A stretch of 60,485 bases of DNA, the filler included. It is 10 parts of 10 records of this genome, joined end to end, with 100 filler letters (N's around TTAATTAATTAA, not from the genome) between each part and the next. Parts side by side here need not be neighbours in the genome. Positions count along the whole stretch, not along the records: positions 36,903 to 43,376 come from SRR31147125_156945; positions 43,477 to 49,758 come from SRR31147125_157120; positions 49,859 to 54,863 come from SRR31147125_157187; 7 more parts are not named here. One strand, written 5' to 3'. The notes under the pieces were generated by a model, which saw nothing but the letters and a program-made list of their open reading frames with translations, had not been told where the DNA came from and did not search any database. Below are positions 42,901-52,885 of this stretch, piece after piece. Within the stretch, counting starts at the first letter, position 1. Every line of letters starts with the position of its first letter. The position numbers and the translations under genes are program-made.

Positions 42901-43376
42901 AGGGCTGGCAGGGCTGTCCCTTCGCTCCCATGTCCCGTCGTCGTGACGTATCAGAAAGGGAACGACATTTCGGGATACATTCGAAAAGGCAAGAAAGTCG
43001 AAGCCGGCGCCGATGTACTCGGTGGACTGGGAATTGCGTGGCATCTGACAGTCCACATCCGTCAGCCGCAGCGTCACCCGTGCTGGAGAACGACTCTTCT
43101 TCAACTTTTCGAGGTGGATCTTGAGGAGATGGGTCGCCTTACGACTCATGTCCGTCAGCATATTCGAGGATACAGTTGCTTCACGAAAGTACAAAGACAG
43201 TTCAGTGAGAAAACGATCAAGAAAGATCAGGCGCGGGGAATTCAGGGTCATAGAGACTTGGCGTCGATAACCAGGGAAGCGCACGGATTCGATGGCGTAC
43301 AACCGAAGATCAAACGTCAAGGCTGGTGTTGTGATGGGTGCGATTGGTTCCTTCTTCTTCTTCTTCTTCTTCTCCT
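36903..43376 (-). CDS. VPS13: VPS13-family lipid transfer protein, internal multi-exon fragment (RBG repeats and VAB/SHR-BD repeats)
   Basis: RLIFLDRFLTELSLYF, FYNQANVAWEPLLE.W, YWVTNDTG, HSVFTIHNKCGVPL, APLIIENLL, HWMINKTGL.L, LPWHW, YRIEN, FTWDEP, DGPTKVL; short GT-AG introns. Confidence 0.85.
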
Positions 43377-43569
43377 NNNNNNNNNNNNNNNNNNNNNNNN
43401 NNNNNNNNNNNNNNNNNNNNTTAATTAATTAANNNNNNNNNNNNNNNNNNNNNNNNNNNNNNNNNNNNNNNNNNNNCTTCTTCAAATCGATTTTCCATTC
43501 CCATTCGAACGCGAAAGATCGGTATACGGCCGGAACAAATTTGATTTCGGGAATGGTTTTCGAATTGCA

Positions 43570-43602
43570 TTGTCGGGTATCACTGCGCTCAACCCAACCA
43601 AC
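43570..43602 (-). repeat. REP-like palindrome
   Basis: Minus strand GTTGGTTGGGTTGAGCGCAGTGATACCCGACA resembles GTAG-type REP sequences (GTTGGGT/ACCCGAC stem). Confidence 0.55.
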
Positions 43603-43630
43603 GCTTTTGAATCCGCCATCCCTTTCCAAC

Positions 43631-43672
43631 CATTTTTACACCCCATTCTACACCATTTCTACACCCTGTGGG
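43631..43672 (+). promoter_or_regulatory. Three helically phased TACACC direct repeats (candidate activator binding site)
   Basis: TACACC at 43637, 43649, 43660 (12- and 11-bp spacing), about 70 bp before ATG 43734. Confidence 0.55.
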
Positions 43673-43733
43673 TCATATCCAAGTCATCGGTTCATCGTTA
43701 TACTTTTTCAGAAAGAACAAAGGAGCAAAGACC

Positions 43734-44009
43734 ATGACGAAAATCACTTCGTGGAAAGGAATGCAGCTGGAGACGCCGGCCACTTATCGGATTCGCGTCC
43801 AGGGTCAGATCGGTGCCAGCTGGTCCGACCGGCTGGGTGGCATGTCGATCACGGAAGACACGGCGGCCGGCCCGCCGGGCGTAACCATCCTGGTGGGGCA
43901 CCTGGCCGACCAGGCGGCGTTGTCCGGCATCCTGAACACGCTTTACGATCTGCATTTGCCCCTGCTTTCGGTGGAGAACCTGGATGAGAAACAAGGCAAC
44001 GTTTCCTGA
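43734..44009 (+). CDS. Small conserved hypothetical protein (ACT-like, DQAAL.G.L motif)
   Basis: YRIRVQG....WSDRLGGM..T.LVG.LADQAALSGILNTLYDLHLPLLSVE; AGGAG RBS. Confidence 0.75.
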   Translation: MTKITSWKGMQLETPATYRIRVQGQIGASWSDRLGGMSITEDTAAGPPGVTILVGHLADQAALSGILNTLYDLHLPLLSVENLDEKQGNVS

Positions 44010-44028
44010 CGATCAGCGGAGGATTTCA

Positions 44029-44846
44029 ATGAAAAACGTTATCCAACTCGACATTTTGGATTCGAAGCAAGAGCAACCTCGGCGGCAGAAGGGTAGGGCC
44101 GCTGAAACGGCCATTGCCCTGACCAGCCTGCGATTTGGCTGGAAAACGGATCAGCCGCCGGTCCTCGATATCGACAATCTCGACATCGAAAAGGGTGGGC
44201 GCATGTTCATCGCCGGGCCCAGCGGCAGCGGCAAGAGCACGCTGCTGGGGCTGCTGTCTGGCGTGCTCGTGCCCCAACGGGGAAGCATATCTGTTTTGGG
44301 GCACCGGTTGGACACCCTAAACGGGCAACAAAGGGACCGCTTGCGGTCCGATCACATCGGATTCATCTTCCAGATGTTCAACCTGATCCCCTATCTCACT
44401 GTCATCGAAAATGTCATCCTGCCCTGTCGCTTCTCCACCAAACGTAGAAAAAACGTCCAAGCCAGGGGGCGAAGCTGGAAGAAGAGGCCCTGCGCCTCTT
44501 GGAGCGATTGGGGCTGGCTGGTGAGGGGATTCTCAACCGCCCGGTAACCGATCTCAGCGTCGGCCAGCAGCAGCGGGTAGCCGCCGCCCGGGCCCTGATC
44601 GGCGCCCCGGAGATCGTGATCGCCGACGAACCCACCTCCGCTTTGGATCGCAACCAGCGTGAGGCATTTATTCGCCTGTTGTTCGAAGAGTGCGACGGCG
44701 CGGATTCGACCCTGCTCTTCGTCAGTCACGATACGTCCCTGGCACCGCTTTTTGATCGGACCATCGAATTGGCTGCGATCAATAGGGCCGGCACGCTTCA
44801 GCTGGCATCGGATATCCCACCAGGTAACAAAGAAAGCAGAGGATAA
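44029..44846 (+). CDS. ABC transporter ATP-binding protein (LolD/MacB-like); frameshift in a G-run near 44468
   Basis: [38 protein letters not shown]. Confidence 0.9.
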
Positions 44847-44852
44847 GATAGC

Positions 44853-46178
44853 ATGGCCATTGTATCACTCGCATTGAAAAGCCTTGGCAACCGCAGATTC
44901 ACCGTCGGCCTGACCGTCGCTTCCATCGCCTTGAGCGTCGCCCTGCTGTTGGGCGTGGAGCGCATCCGCAGCGAAGCCCAGACCAGTTTCACCAACACCA
45001 TTTCCGGCACCGACCTCATCGTGGGTGCCCGCACCAGCCCGGTCCAGCTGTTGCTCGCGTCGGTTTTCGGCCTCGGCAACGCCACCAACACCATCCGCTG
45101 GGAGAGCTACGAAGCCATTGCCCACCATCCCGGCGTGGCCTGGACCATTCCTGTCTCCCTGGGCGACTCCCACGCCGGCTTTCGGGTGATGGGAACCACC
45201 GGCGCCTTTTTCGACTATTTCCAATACGGCCGCCAACAGCCGCTTTCGATGCAAAACGGCGCCTGGTTCACCTCTGAAGGCGGAGCGGTGCTGGGGGCCG
45301 AGGTCGCCGAGAAACAGGGCTACAAGGTGGGATCGGGGGTCGTGGTGGCCCACGGCGCCGGGGATGTCAGTTTCATCGCGCACGACGCCCATCCGTTTCA
45401 TGTGTCCGGCATCCTAACCCGTACCGGTACCCCGGTGGACCAAACGGTGTTCGTCAGCCTGGAAGACATCGATGCCATCCACGCCGGCATGGACCCGGCC
45501 CGCGATCATGGCCACGATCCGTTGGCCGGGCACGAGGGGACAGATCAGCGTCATGCGGATGAGACTCTCGGGACTGCCCATCACAATACGGTCAGCCAAG
45601 ATCGCCACCACGATGAACAGGAACCCACGGCCATCACCGCCTTTTACGTGGGCCTGACATCCCGATCCGCCGCCCTGTCCGTCCAGCGCAGGGTCAACGA
45701 ATACTCGGGCGAACCCATGACCGCCATCCTGCCGGCCGTGGCCCTGCAGGAATTGTGGGACTTCGTCGGCGTGGTGGAGAAAACCTTGCTGGCCGTATCG
45801 GGCTTCGTCGTGCTGGTGGGGCTTTCCGGCATGCTGGTGGCCATCATGACCGGCCTGAATGAACGCCGGCGCGAAATGGCCATCCTGCGGTCTGTGGGCG
45901 CCCGGCCATTGCATGTCTTTTCACTGATCGTGGGCGAGGCCGGACTGGTGACCTTGATGGGCATCGCCACCGGAATCGCGCTGCTCTACGGCCTGCTTGT
46001 CATGGGACAACCATTGATCGCTTCCCGGTTCGGTCTGCTGGTCGGCATCACCGGGCTCAGCGTTCATGAAGTGCTTCTGATGGGCATCGTATGTGTTGCC
46101 GGCGTCGTCATCGGGGTCATTCCGGGGCTCAGAATTTACCGGCACTCCCTGGCGGACGGGTTGACGGTGAAGGTATAG
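44853..46178 (+). CDS. ABC transporter permease (MacB/FtsX-like) with a His-rich periplasmic insert
   Basis: GTDLIVGAR, PVSLGDSH.GFRV.GT, TGTPVD, NERRREMAILRSVGA; insert HAGMDPARDHGHDPLAGH..AHHN..RHHDE. Confidence 0.9.
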   Translation: MAIVSLALKSLGNRRFTVGLTVASIALSVALLLGVERIRSEAQTSFTNTISGTDLIVGARTSPVQLLLASVFGLGNATNTIRWESYEAIAHHPGVAWTIPVSLGDSHAGFRVMGTTGAFFDYFQYGRQQPLSMQNGAWFTSEGGAVLGAEVAEKQGYKVGSGVVVAHGAGDVSFIAHDAHPFHVSGILTRTGTPVDQTVFVSLEDIDAIHAGMDPARDHGHDPLAGHEGTDQRHADETLGTAHHNTVSQDRHHDEQEPTAITAFYVGLTSRSAALSVQRRVNEYSGEPMTAILPAVALQELWDFVGVVEKTLLAVSGFVVLVGLSGMLVAIMTGLNERRREMAILRSVGARPLHVFSLIVGEAGLVTLMGIATGIALLYGLLVMGQPLIASRFGLLVGITGLSVHEVLLMGIVCVAGVVIGVIPGLRIYRHSLADGLTVKV

Positions 46179-46226
46179 GGAATGGGGAGATCAAGCAAAT
46201 CAGGATAAAAGAGAAGTTGAAGAATT

Positions 46227-46390
46227 AAATTTGAATATCGAAGCACGAATTTCGAAACAAATAGCAATGACAAAAACTCAAATAATTAAACCCCGCGTCC
46301 TACCTGAAGGCTTTGTTAAAACGGTCTTGGCCATTTGTGCATTCTTATTTCGAATTAGTTTCGGATTCCGAATTTATAACTTCGAAATTA
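46227..46390. repeat. Degenerate long inverted repeat built from ~7-nt units
   Basis: Left arm aaatttg-aatatcg-aagcacg-aatttcg-aaacaaat; right arm attagtttcggattccgaattt..cttcgaaatt. Confidence 0.45.
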
Positions 46391-46408
46391 TTTAATAGGG
46401 AGAGGAAG

Positions 46409-47074
46409 ATGAAAATACGATTATCAAGATTACTTCCAGTAGCTCTGCTTATCATTGCCTTGGCCCTGCCTGCTGTAGCCACACAGGTTCGGGAGTTGGG
46501 TTGGCAGGATCTGGTAAAGAAGGTCGAATTCGACGATCCCTTCGAAGACCTTACATCGGATCAGCTCGCGGATCTGGGAATGGTCGCTCGGGTGCGTCAG
46601 CTCCAGGCCTCGGGACGTGACATCGGTGATGGAACGATCAAAGAGATGGAAGCCGCCGCCCTGAGACTCGAAGAAACGGGCGTCGATATCGACGGGCTGC
46701 TGGCCAGGCGAGTGGAAATCCGCGAACTCCGCCGGCAACGCGCCCATGCGGTGGTGCCGGACCTGGACGGTCAGCAGGTGCGCATGCCCGGTTATGCGCT
46801 ACCCCTGGAGTACGCCGGACAGAAGATCACCGAATTCCTGCTGGTACCCTGGGTGGGGGCCTGCATCCACACCCCGCCGCCGCCGCCAAACCAGATCGTC
46901 TACGTCAGGCTGGAAGAAGGGATCGAAAGCCAGGGGCGCTTTACACCGGTCTGGGTTTCCGGTGAGATGACAGTAAAAGCGGCCACAAAAAACCTATATT
47001 TAGTTGATGGTTCATCGGGTATCGATGTGGGCTATTCGTTGGACGCGATTCATGTACAGCCTTACGAGAAGTGA
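46409..47074 (+). CDS. DUF3299 family exported protein
   Basis: LDGQQVRMPGYALPLE, EFLLVPWVGACIHTPPPPPNQIVYV, PVWVSG; signal peptide; RBS before ATG 46409. Confidence 0.88.
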   Translation: MKIRLSRLLPVALLIIALALPAVATQVRELGWQDLVKKVEFDDPFEDLTSDQLADLGMVARVRQLQASGRDIGDGTIKEMEAAALRLEETGVDIDGLLARRVEIRELRRQRAHAVVPDLDGQQVRMPGYALPLEYAGQKITEFLLVPWVGACIHTPPPPPNQIVYVRLEEGIESQGRFTPVWVSGEMTVKAATKNLYLVDGSSGIDVGYSLDAIHVQPYEK

Positions 47075-47228
47075 TATGCATGCCAAGGTTTCAAAATGTA
47101 AAAGTCCATGTGCCGGTTAACTGCATTCAACGGAGTGGAAACGATTTTCAATACAAGCCTATGAAATGGATTCCCATTATTCTTTCGGAGAATTTAAAAA
47201 CGAGCCCCAAAAATAAGGAGTAGCTAAA

Positions 47229-48692
47229 ATGAATAAGAAAAGCCTTTTTTTGACAACACTGACAATAACTGCCTTGCTGGTGGCAATGACACTGCCGCAA
47301 GCCCAGGCACAAGAGAAGATGGAAGAGAAACCGCCCCAGGTGCTGATTACTAATGTTAACATCTGGGATGGGACAAGCGACATGGTAAGAAAAGGTGTCG
47401 ATGTCTTGGTGGAAGGCAACAAAATCAAACGGATCGGCAAAATCAATTCCCCAAAAGCCATCAAGATCGATGGCAAAGGCGGTACGCTGACACCGGGATT
47501 GATCGACATGCACCAGCACCTGACACTCAATGGTGGCACGGGCGCCGGCAACAACTGGGACGCCTACGTTCAAGGTGCCCATGCCTCACGTGCCGCACAG
47601 TATCTGCTGATGCTGGGTTTTACCACGATTAGGGATATCGCTGGTAATTCCATCGGCCTGAAACGGGCGATCAATTCCGGCAAACTGCCGGGCCCGCGTG
47701 TTTACACGAGCGGGCCTGCCATCGGCCCCACAGGCGGCCACAGCGACTGGGGCAGCTATACGGCAGCACCTGGAGAAGAGAATTACCAGGTCAAGGTTCA
47801 GAATACCCATGTCGTCGATGGTCGGGCAGAATGGTTGCAAGTCGCTCGGTGGAACTTTCGCATGGGCGCCGACTACTTGAAGGTCATGTCCGGTGGTGGT
47901 GTGGCCAGCGTGTATGATCCCATCGATCTTAACTCCCCTTCACTCGAAGAGATGAAGGCTGCCGTGCAGGTAGCCAATGAATACAACGGCTACGTCGCCA
48001 TTCACGGCTATACGGATGCTGCCTACAACAAATCCATGGATGCCGGCGTAAAATCCTTCGAACACGGTTTTCTGGTGAATGAGGAAACGGTCAAGCGTAT
48101 GGCCAAGGAAGGGGTGTGGTGGTCGTTTCAGCCGTATGGTGCCTACACTACGCTGTGTGGTGAGTTTCCCGACTGGTATTCAGAAGGCATGATAGAAAAA
48201 GCCAATATGGTATGTGCCGGTGTTAAAAAAACGATTAATCTGATGAAGAAGCATAAGGTTAAAACCTTCGTGGGGTCTGATATGTTCGGCTGGGACAACT
48301 GGAAGAACGCCATCGTCAATGTGACCACACCGGCCGTCGACCTTCCCGATGACCTGAAATACACTTCACTTGAAGCCATGAAAATGTCGACTTCATTGGC
48401 CGGTGAAGCACTGCACGAGCTGTCTGCCCCTTCTCGCAATCCTTTTATCAAAGCCAAACTGGGTGTCATCGAAGAGGGTGCCTGGGCGGATATGCTCATC
48501 TACAAGGGCGATCCGACCAAGGATATCAAGATACTTTTAAAGGAAGAGAACCTCCTTATGGTCATGAAGGACGGCAAGCTCTTCAAGAACCTCACGGTAA
48601 CACCCTCCGATCCTTCTTATCGTGGGAACCTGCGGCCTTCGGGACATGACTTCAGCCTGCCCCCTGTGGACAACCACTCCTGGTCGATGTAG
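47229..48692 (+). CDS. Secreted metal-dependent amidohydrolase (Xaa-Pro dipeptidase-like subgroup)
   Basis: Signal peptide (AQA); PGLIDMHQH, GFTTIRD, GGHSD, LKVM, AIHGY, FEHG, GSD, GAWADM. Confidence 0.9.
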   Translation: MNKKSLFLTTLTITALLVAMTLPQAQAQEKMEEKPPQVLITNVNIWDGTSDMVRKGVDVLVEGNKIKRIGKINSPKAIKIDGKGGTLTPGLIDMHQHLTLNGGTGAGNNWDAYVQGAHASRAAQYLLMLGFTTIRDIAGNSIGLKRAINSGKLPGPRVYTSGPAIGPTGGHSDWGSYTAAPGEENYQVKVQNTHVVDGRAEWLQVARWNFRMGADYLKVMSGGGVASVYDPIDLNSPSLEEMKAAVQVANEYNGYVAIHGYTDAAYNKSMDAGVKSFEHGFLVNEETVKRMAKEGVWWSFQPYGAYTTLCGEFPDWYSEGMIEKANMVCAGVKKTINLMKKHKVKTFVGSDMFGWDNWKNAIVNVTTPAVDLPDDLKYTSLEAMKMSTSLAGEALHELSAPSRNPFIKAKLGVIEEGAWADMLIYKGDPTKDIKILLKEENLLMVMKDGKLFKNLTVTPSDPSYRGNLRPSGHDFSLPPVDNHSWSM

Positions 48693-48748
48693 TCGGATAA
48701 TGAGCCAGCAGGGGCGCTTCGGCGCCCTCTGTCACTGGATAAACAACG

Positions 48749-49385
48749 ATGAAAAAGCTCTTCAAAACGTTACTTGGCATCAGTTTGTTATGTTTGCTGG
48801 TCATCGGCTGCGCGATACCGGTTGCCCACTTCCGGCATGATATTGATGAAAATGCCGTGCCGTGGAAGCACGATCGCTTCGATGCCGGAGACGACAAGTT
48901 CACCTTCGCCATCTTCAGCGACCCGACCGGTGGCGAGCGCGAACGCATCTTCGAGGTGGCGGTGGCCCAGCTCAATCTGCTGCGACCCGAGATGATCATG
49001 AATGCCGGGGACCTGATCGAGGGCGGCTCCAACGATCCCGCCGAGCTGCATCGTCAGTGGGACAGTTTCGACAACCGCGCCGACCGGGCGAGGGGCCCTG
49101 TTTTCTATGCCGGGGGGAATCATGATCTGACCGGCGAAGTGTCGCGCCGGGTCTGGCGGGCACGTCTGGGCCCCCGCTACTATCACTTCGTCTATAAAGA
49201 TGTCCTCTTTTTGATTCTGGACACCGAAGACAACACGCCCGAGCGAATGCAAGAAATCGAAAAGGCACGTCTATAGGCGGTGAACACATACAAAATCGAT
49301 GGGCCAGAGGCTTTCGCAAAGACAGAATACGCCCGCATGCACGAACGCACCAGCGGAAACGTCGGCGATGCGCAGTCTACTTATG
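48749..49385 (+). pseudogene. Calcineurin-like metallophosphoesterase, truncated, with an internal TAG at 49274-49276
   Basis: FAIFSD, GDLIEG, GNHD, LDTED present; frame continues past the TAG, then switches into amidohydrolase sequence; C-terminal His motifs absent. Confidence 0.7.
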
Positions 49386-49620
49386 GACCCCTGTGGAAAT
49401 TCTGCGCCAAGCCACAGGAACCGCCGGAGAACTGCTGGTATTGTCCGGGCAGCGCAATCCCTTCCAAGAAGGGAAATTGGGTGTTGTTGAAGAGGGTGCC
49501 TACGCGGATCTGGTCATTGTTGACGGAAATCCGCTGGAAGATATCACTCTGCTGGCTGATCCGGAGAGAAATCTTCCATTGATCATGAAGGATGGTAAAA
49601 TCTACAAAAACCAGCTGTAA
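49386..49620 (+). pseudogene. C-terminal remnant of a second amidohydrolase
   Basis: PVEILRQAT..AGELL.LSG.RNPF..GKLGVVEEGAYADL..VDGNPL..IMKDGKIYKN, paralogous to the end of 47229-48692. Confidence 0.75.
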
Positions 49621-49858
49621 CGGTTCCGTAATAAGATGATTTACATACGATTAAAAAACGACTTCAGCAAAAACCGACCATTTCTCTGTCTTTTATGCAT
49701 CGATAGGGCACAAGGGGTTTACCGTGACGCGGGCGGCTTCTTTTGTTTCGTTTTCTTGNNNNNNNNNNNNNNNNNNNNNNNNNNNNNNNNNNNNNNNNNN
49801 NNTTAATTAATTAANNNNNNNNNNNNNNNNNNNNNNNNNNNNNNNNNNNNNNNNNNNN

Positions 49859-50248
49859 GGTCAGACCGTATAAGATGCCCAGAACCGCCATCTCCCCCAG
49901 TCCCGCGACGGTCAGATACAGAAGCGCTCCGACGGGCACCCTGTACATCATCCACTGGCTGACCGCATACATCAGGACCCGGAAAAACCAGATCAGGCAG
50001 GCATAGCTCAGGCCTTTGGCCACTCCGGTCTGGCCGGGCAGGCTCCTGTAGAGCAGCAGGAAGATCCCGGCCATGACAAACCCGTACACCAGATCGATGA
50101 CTATCCCGGCGGGAACGTTGATCGTCTCCCGGGCGATCGGATCATAGGCGGCAAACAGCTTCCGGGCAAAAGGATTGGCGTTGATAAGTCCGTCCATGGT
50201 TCCGAACAGGAATCCGCTTACGATACTGACGATGATATACCGAATCAT
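49859..50248 (-). CDS. Hypothetical 4-TM membrane protein (3' end at contig edge)
   Basis: Four hydrophobic segments; GGAGG RBS. Confidence 0.7.
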
Positions 50249-50464
50249 ATCTCCTCCTCTTTTTCCGCCGCATGGGAAATTATATCATGAGTCTCACGAC
50301 CACGTTCCCCGATTCGGCCCTCTCTTTCAGGCGGACCGGATGTCTCCTGTATCATGTAATCTGTTCACTATTATTGACAACATCTCTGTTTTACTCCATT
50401 CTCAGACACAATATAGCGTTGTCAACGCGTCAACTAGACCACTGTACATAATAAAGGAAATCAC

Positions 50465-50956
50465 ATGAGTATCATCGGTACGGCAAAACACCTTTTCGGA
50501 GGACACCAGGTCTCCGTCAAAATGACAGAAGTGGAAAAGCAGACTCCCGGGGAGGCCGTTTTTCCCATAACAGACACGGGCATGAAATCCCATGTGGAAA
50601 TCACCGGGAAAAAGACAGTCACTGTCACTGAACATGTCTTCCAGGTATTTCTCAAAAATAAGAAAAGCGAAAAGGAAGTTCTTGTCGCTGAAGATATTGT
50701 TGATCAGGATACGGAAATAATCGGAGCCCCCTACACCCTCCCCTATACCCTGCATCCGGAAAAACCTGTAACAGACAATTGCTGTATTATCGATGTAGAT
50801 GTTGAAAAAGCTCTGGAAAAAATGAATATTTCTACAGACCAGGCTCTGGGGGACAACAGCCCGGTGAGTTTCTTTGTCAGGTTTACGGCCCGTATCAAAG
50901 GGACTCTGGTCGATCCGGACTGCGAATCAGAATTACGACTGATCCCTTCCTGTTGA
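50465..50956 (+). CDS. Hypothetical protein, possibly Spo0M/arrestin-like beta-sandwich
   Basis: AAGGA RBS; N-terminal amphipathic helix then beta-rich sequence ending TARIKGTLVDP; fold call is a weak resemblance. Confidence 0.5.
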   Translation: MSIIGTAKHLFGGHQVSVKMTEVEKQTPGEAVFPITDTGMKSHVEITGKKTVTVTEHVFQVFLKNKKSEKEVLVAEDIVDQDTEIIGAPYTLPYTLHPEKPVTDNCCIIDVDVEKALEKMNISTDQALGDNSPVSFFVRFTARIKGTLVDPDCESELRLIPSC

Positions 50957-50963
50957 TACTTTG

Positions 50964-50993
50964 ACCGGTTCGGGTGTATGAGTCCGAACCGGT
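50964..50993. terminator. Hairpin between convergent genes
   Basis: ACCGGTTCGG-N10-CCGAACCGGT perfect 10-bp stem. Confidence 0.6.
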
Positions 50994-51007
50994 TCCCTCA
51001 GGCGAAT

Positions 51008-52767
51008 TCACTCAGCTTCATACCCTCCCGCGATCCTTCCGAAGACCAGGGCATCGGGAACGGCACAGGCACCTAGCCTTTCTTTTCCGAAAATACCGCC
51101 TGTGACTTCTCCTGCTGCATAAAGATGGGGAATGGGCTGGCCTTCCTCATCCAGAACACGTGCCTGTTCATCAATCTTAAGCCCCCCCAGGGTATAGTGA
51201 ATGGAGGGGACGCCTTCGAGCATATAGTAGGGACCCTTATCCAGCATTGGGAAGTCCATTTCTCTTCCAAAGTCCTCATCCTTCCCGCTTCTGATCAGGG
51301 CGTTGTATCGGTTCAGGGTTTTAATGACTTCCTTCTTATCCAGAGAAAATACCTCGGCGCACTCTCCAATGGTCTCACCTTTGGCAAGCACCCCCTGATA
51401 GACCCACTGATTGAATTCCTTGCGGGCCAGTTCATTCAAAAGAATCTTATCGAGGATATCCTGGGTAAAAACTTCATACATGGTGCTGTCCGGCTGCTTC
51501 AGAACAGCCGAAGCCATGATCCTTCTTGTCAGAGTCTCTCTGACAAATCGTTTGCCTTCCCGATTGATATAAAAGGCTCCCATATTGATACGTCTGTTGT
51601 CCATATAGAAGTGTATTCCTGTTGCCGGATTTGTATTGGGGTAGAGCTGAATATACTGCATATCCACGGCAGCGGCTCCCACTCTCTGGCCCATCAAGAT
51701 GCCGTCTCCTGTAATCCCCTGGGGACCGGATGTGAGGATGCGCCTATCCATTTCCTTCAGCTGTTTGTTGTTGTTCTCACGCATGGCCTTGTTTGCGCTG
51801 AAGCCTCCTGTTGCGATAACAACCCTCTGCCCGGCATAAAAGGACAGGAAATCATCCCCTCCTTTCAGAACCTCTACGCCTGTAATTTCTCCCTTGTCGT
51901 TCTGAATAAGACTCCTGGCGTTTGTGTTGTAGAGAATATGAACACCGAGTTCCTCGGCTGTAAGAACCATATTATTAATAAGTGTCGCGCCGCCTCCTTC
52001 GGGAAAGGTGGTACGCGCCATGCTGTGGCCGTTCACAAGATAAAAATCATCGTTGAACTCTACTCCCGCATACTCTTTCAGCCAGAGTACCGTGTCCGCG
52101 ATGTTGTTACAGATAACCGATACCAGTTTTCTGTCCGCTGTATTCCCCGAGGCTTTGACGATATCCTCGGTCATGATTTCCGGACTGTCATCCTGGGACT
52201 GATCAATGCTCAAGACATTCTCCGGTATTGATATTACCGCTCCGGACAGAAAGGAGCTTCCCCCCGCCATGGGCATCTTTTCCAACACCAGGACGTCATT
52301 TCCATTCAGTGCCGCCTGTATAGCCGCTGAAAGCCCCGCTGCTCCTGATCCGATAACGATGACGTCATAACTGCTTTTTCCCCGGATTTCTTTTTTGACG
52401 CTGTTGTTCCGTCCCTGAACAGGCTGGACGAGATGCCCCCGCTTTCGAGTGCCGCGGAAACGGCATCTATCACATCCCGGGAGATTAATGTTGCTCCCGA
52501 AACCGCATCGACCGAAAGGGACTGTTTGGATATGATCTCGTAAGCGACCTTTTTGACCACCTCTTCCGCATTCTCCTGAGTGCTCAGAATATCAGAAATC
52601 TGAATATCCACCAGAGAGCCGTTCCTGAAGATCACATGGACACTGAGCGCTCTGCCGTCCCCGGATACTTTTCCGTAAAGATCCTGAGTCCCGACAGGTT
52701 TTGAATCCTTAGAACACCCTGCCAGGGAAATGAGAATGATCAAAACGGCTGATATGATTTTTTTCAT
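51008..52767 (-). CDS. Lipoprotein flavocytochrome-c-type (Fcc3/UrdA family) reductase with an FMN-binding domain; frameshift in an A-run near 52392
   Basis: Lipobox LAGC; VDAVSGAT flavinylation motif; shifted frame gives YDVIVIGSGAAGLSAA; ATGGF, TGDG, IHYTLGG, YAAGEVTGG. Confidence 0.88.
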
Positions 52768-52821
52768 TGATGATAACGGGTCCTTATGGTTTTTAAGGAG
52801 ATCAAATTAGCATTTAGGGAT

Positions 52822-52858
52822 AAAAAAGGACAGGGTGCACCCGGGTACACCCTGTCCT
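52822..52858 (-). terminator. Intrinsic terminator between the two reductase genes
   Basis: Minus strand AGGACAGGGTGTACC/GGTGCACCCTGTCCT stem followed by TTTTT. Confidence 0.8.
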
Positions 52859-52885
52859 GTCAGCTGTTTTTGAATCCTGCCGGGA

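Noticed and set aside
36903..43376. Alternative genetic code to explain the fragmented ORFs
   Set aside because: In the stretches checked by hand, frames are restored by short GT-AG introns under the standard code
49274..49276. Pyrrolysine or stop-codon readthrough at the in-frame TAG
   Set aside because: Position is not catalytic, the gene is truncated shortly after, no pyl genes are visible, and TAG is used as a normal stop on the same contig (46178, 48692)
49700..49758. Repeat-like sequence (CAAGAAAACGAAACAAAAGAAG on the minus strand) at the contig end
   Set aside because: May be the start of a dispersed element that broke the assembly, but it is a single truncated copy and cannot be supported here
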